A stretch of 25,839 bases of DNA. Origin: Candidatus Methylomirabilota bacterium. Its GTDB lineage: Bacteria; Methylomirabilota; Methylomirabilia; Rokubacteriales; CSP1-6. The translations under genes and the position numbers were made by a program. Shown piece by piece: positions 25,739 through 25,839 of this stretch; position 1 is the stretch's first letter, and each line of letters opens with the position of its first letter. Below the pieces are notes generated by a model. That model did no database searches, was not told the DNA's origin, and was given only the letters and a program-made list of their open reading frames with translations. The DNA lies in assembly GCA_046726415.1 (NCBI GenBank), contig JBKPAK010000175.1, positions 1 to 25,839 of the forward strand, read 5' to 3'.

Positions 25739-25839
25739 GGGCGCCGTAAATCACGCGCTTCATCTCGGCGATCTCGTCTTCGGTGCGGGCCTCGAAGCGA
25801 AGCGTCAGATAGGGGTTGGTGTTGGAGGCGCGCACGAGG
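25704..25839 (-). CDS. Phosphomannomutase/phosphoglucomutase, 3' end (partial; not in the ORF track)
   Basis: Manual translation LVRASNTNPYLTLRFEARTEDEIAEMKRVIYGALSRFPTVVLPK* carries the RASNT..LRFEA domain-IV motif of AlgC-type phosphohexomutases. Confidence 0.85.
   Translation of the reverse strand, partial: LVRASNTNPYLTLRFEARTEDEIAEMKRVIYGALSRFPTVVLPK

Overview
High-GC bacterial chromosomal segment; the gene content and G-run/C-run palindromes are compatible with Ca. Rokubacteria/Methylomirabilota, but this is inference only. It has five blocks. (1) 115-7548, minus strand: a coenzyme F420 locus with an LLM-class F420 oxidoreductase, split cofG and cofH, an HU gene and a divergent GNAT-like gene inserted mid-cluster, then cofD, cofC, short cofE and npdG. 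(2) A divergent, stand-alone mnmG. (3) 9788-14632: a translationally coupled four-gene signalling cascade (HAMP kinase, QseG-like lipoprotein, REC-GAF-kinase hybrid, sigma54 activator), followed by glnK-amtB-glnA and an ANTAR pseudo-receiver regulator. The glnK and ANTAR genes have matching promoters: tandem GC-N11-GC boxes plus a sigma54 -24/-12 element. A candidate ANTAR twin-hairpin RNA follows the ANTAR gene, and that gene is bracketed by inverted copies of a ~68-bp repeat. (4) phoB-phoR, with phoR probably starting at CTG. (5) A copper module (CopD-cytochrome c-thioredoxin-fold fusion plus a membrane-anchored CusF-like protein), a HAD hydrolase, and the 3' end of a phosphomannomutase. No rRNA, tRNA, CRISPR array or transposase was seen. 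All calls come from motif recognition by eye; no searches were run.
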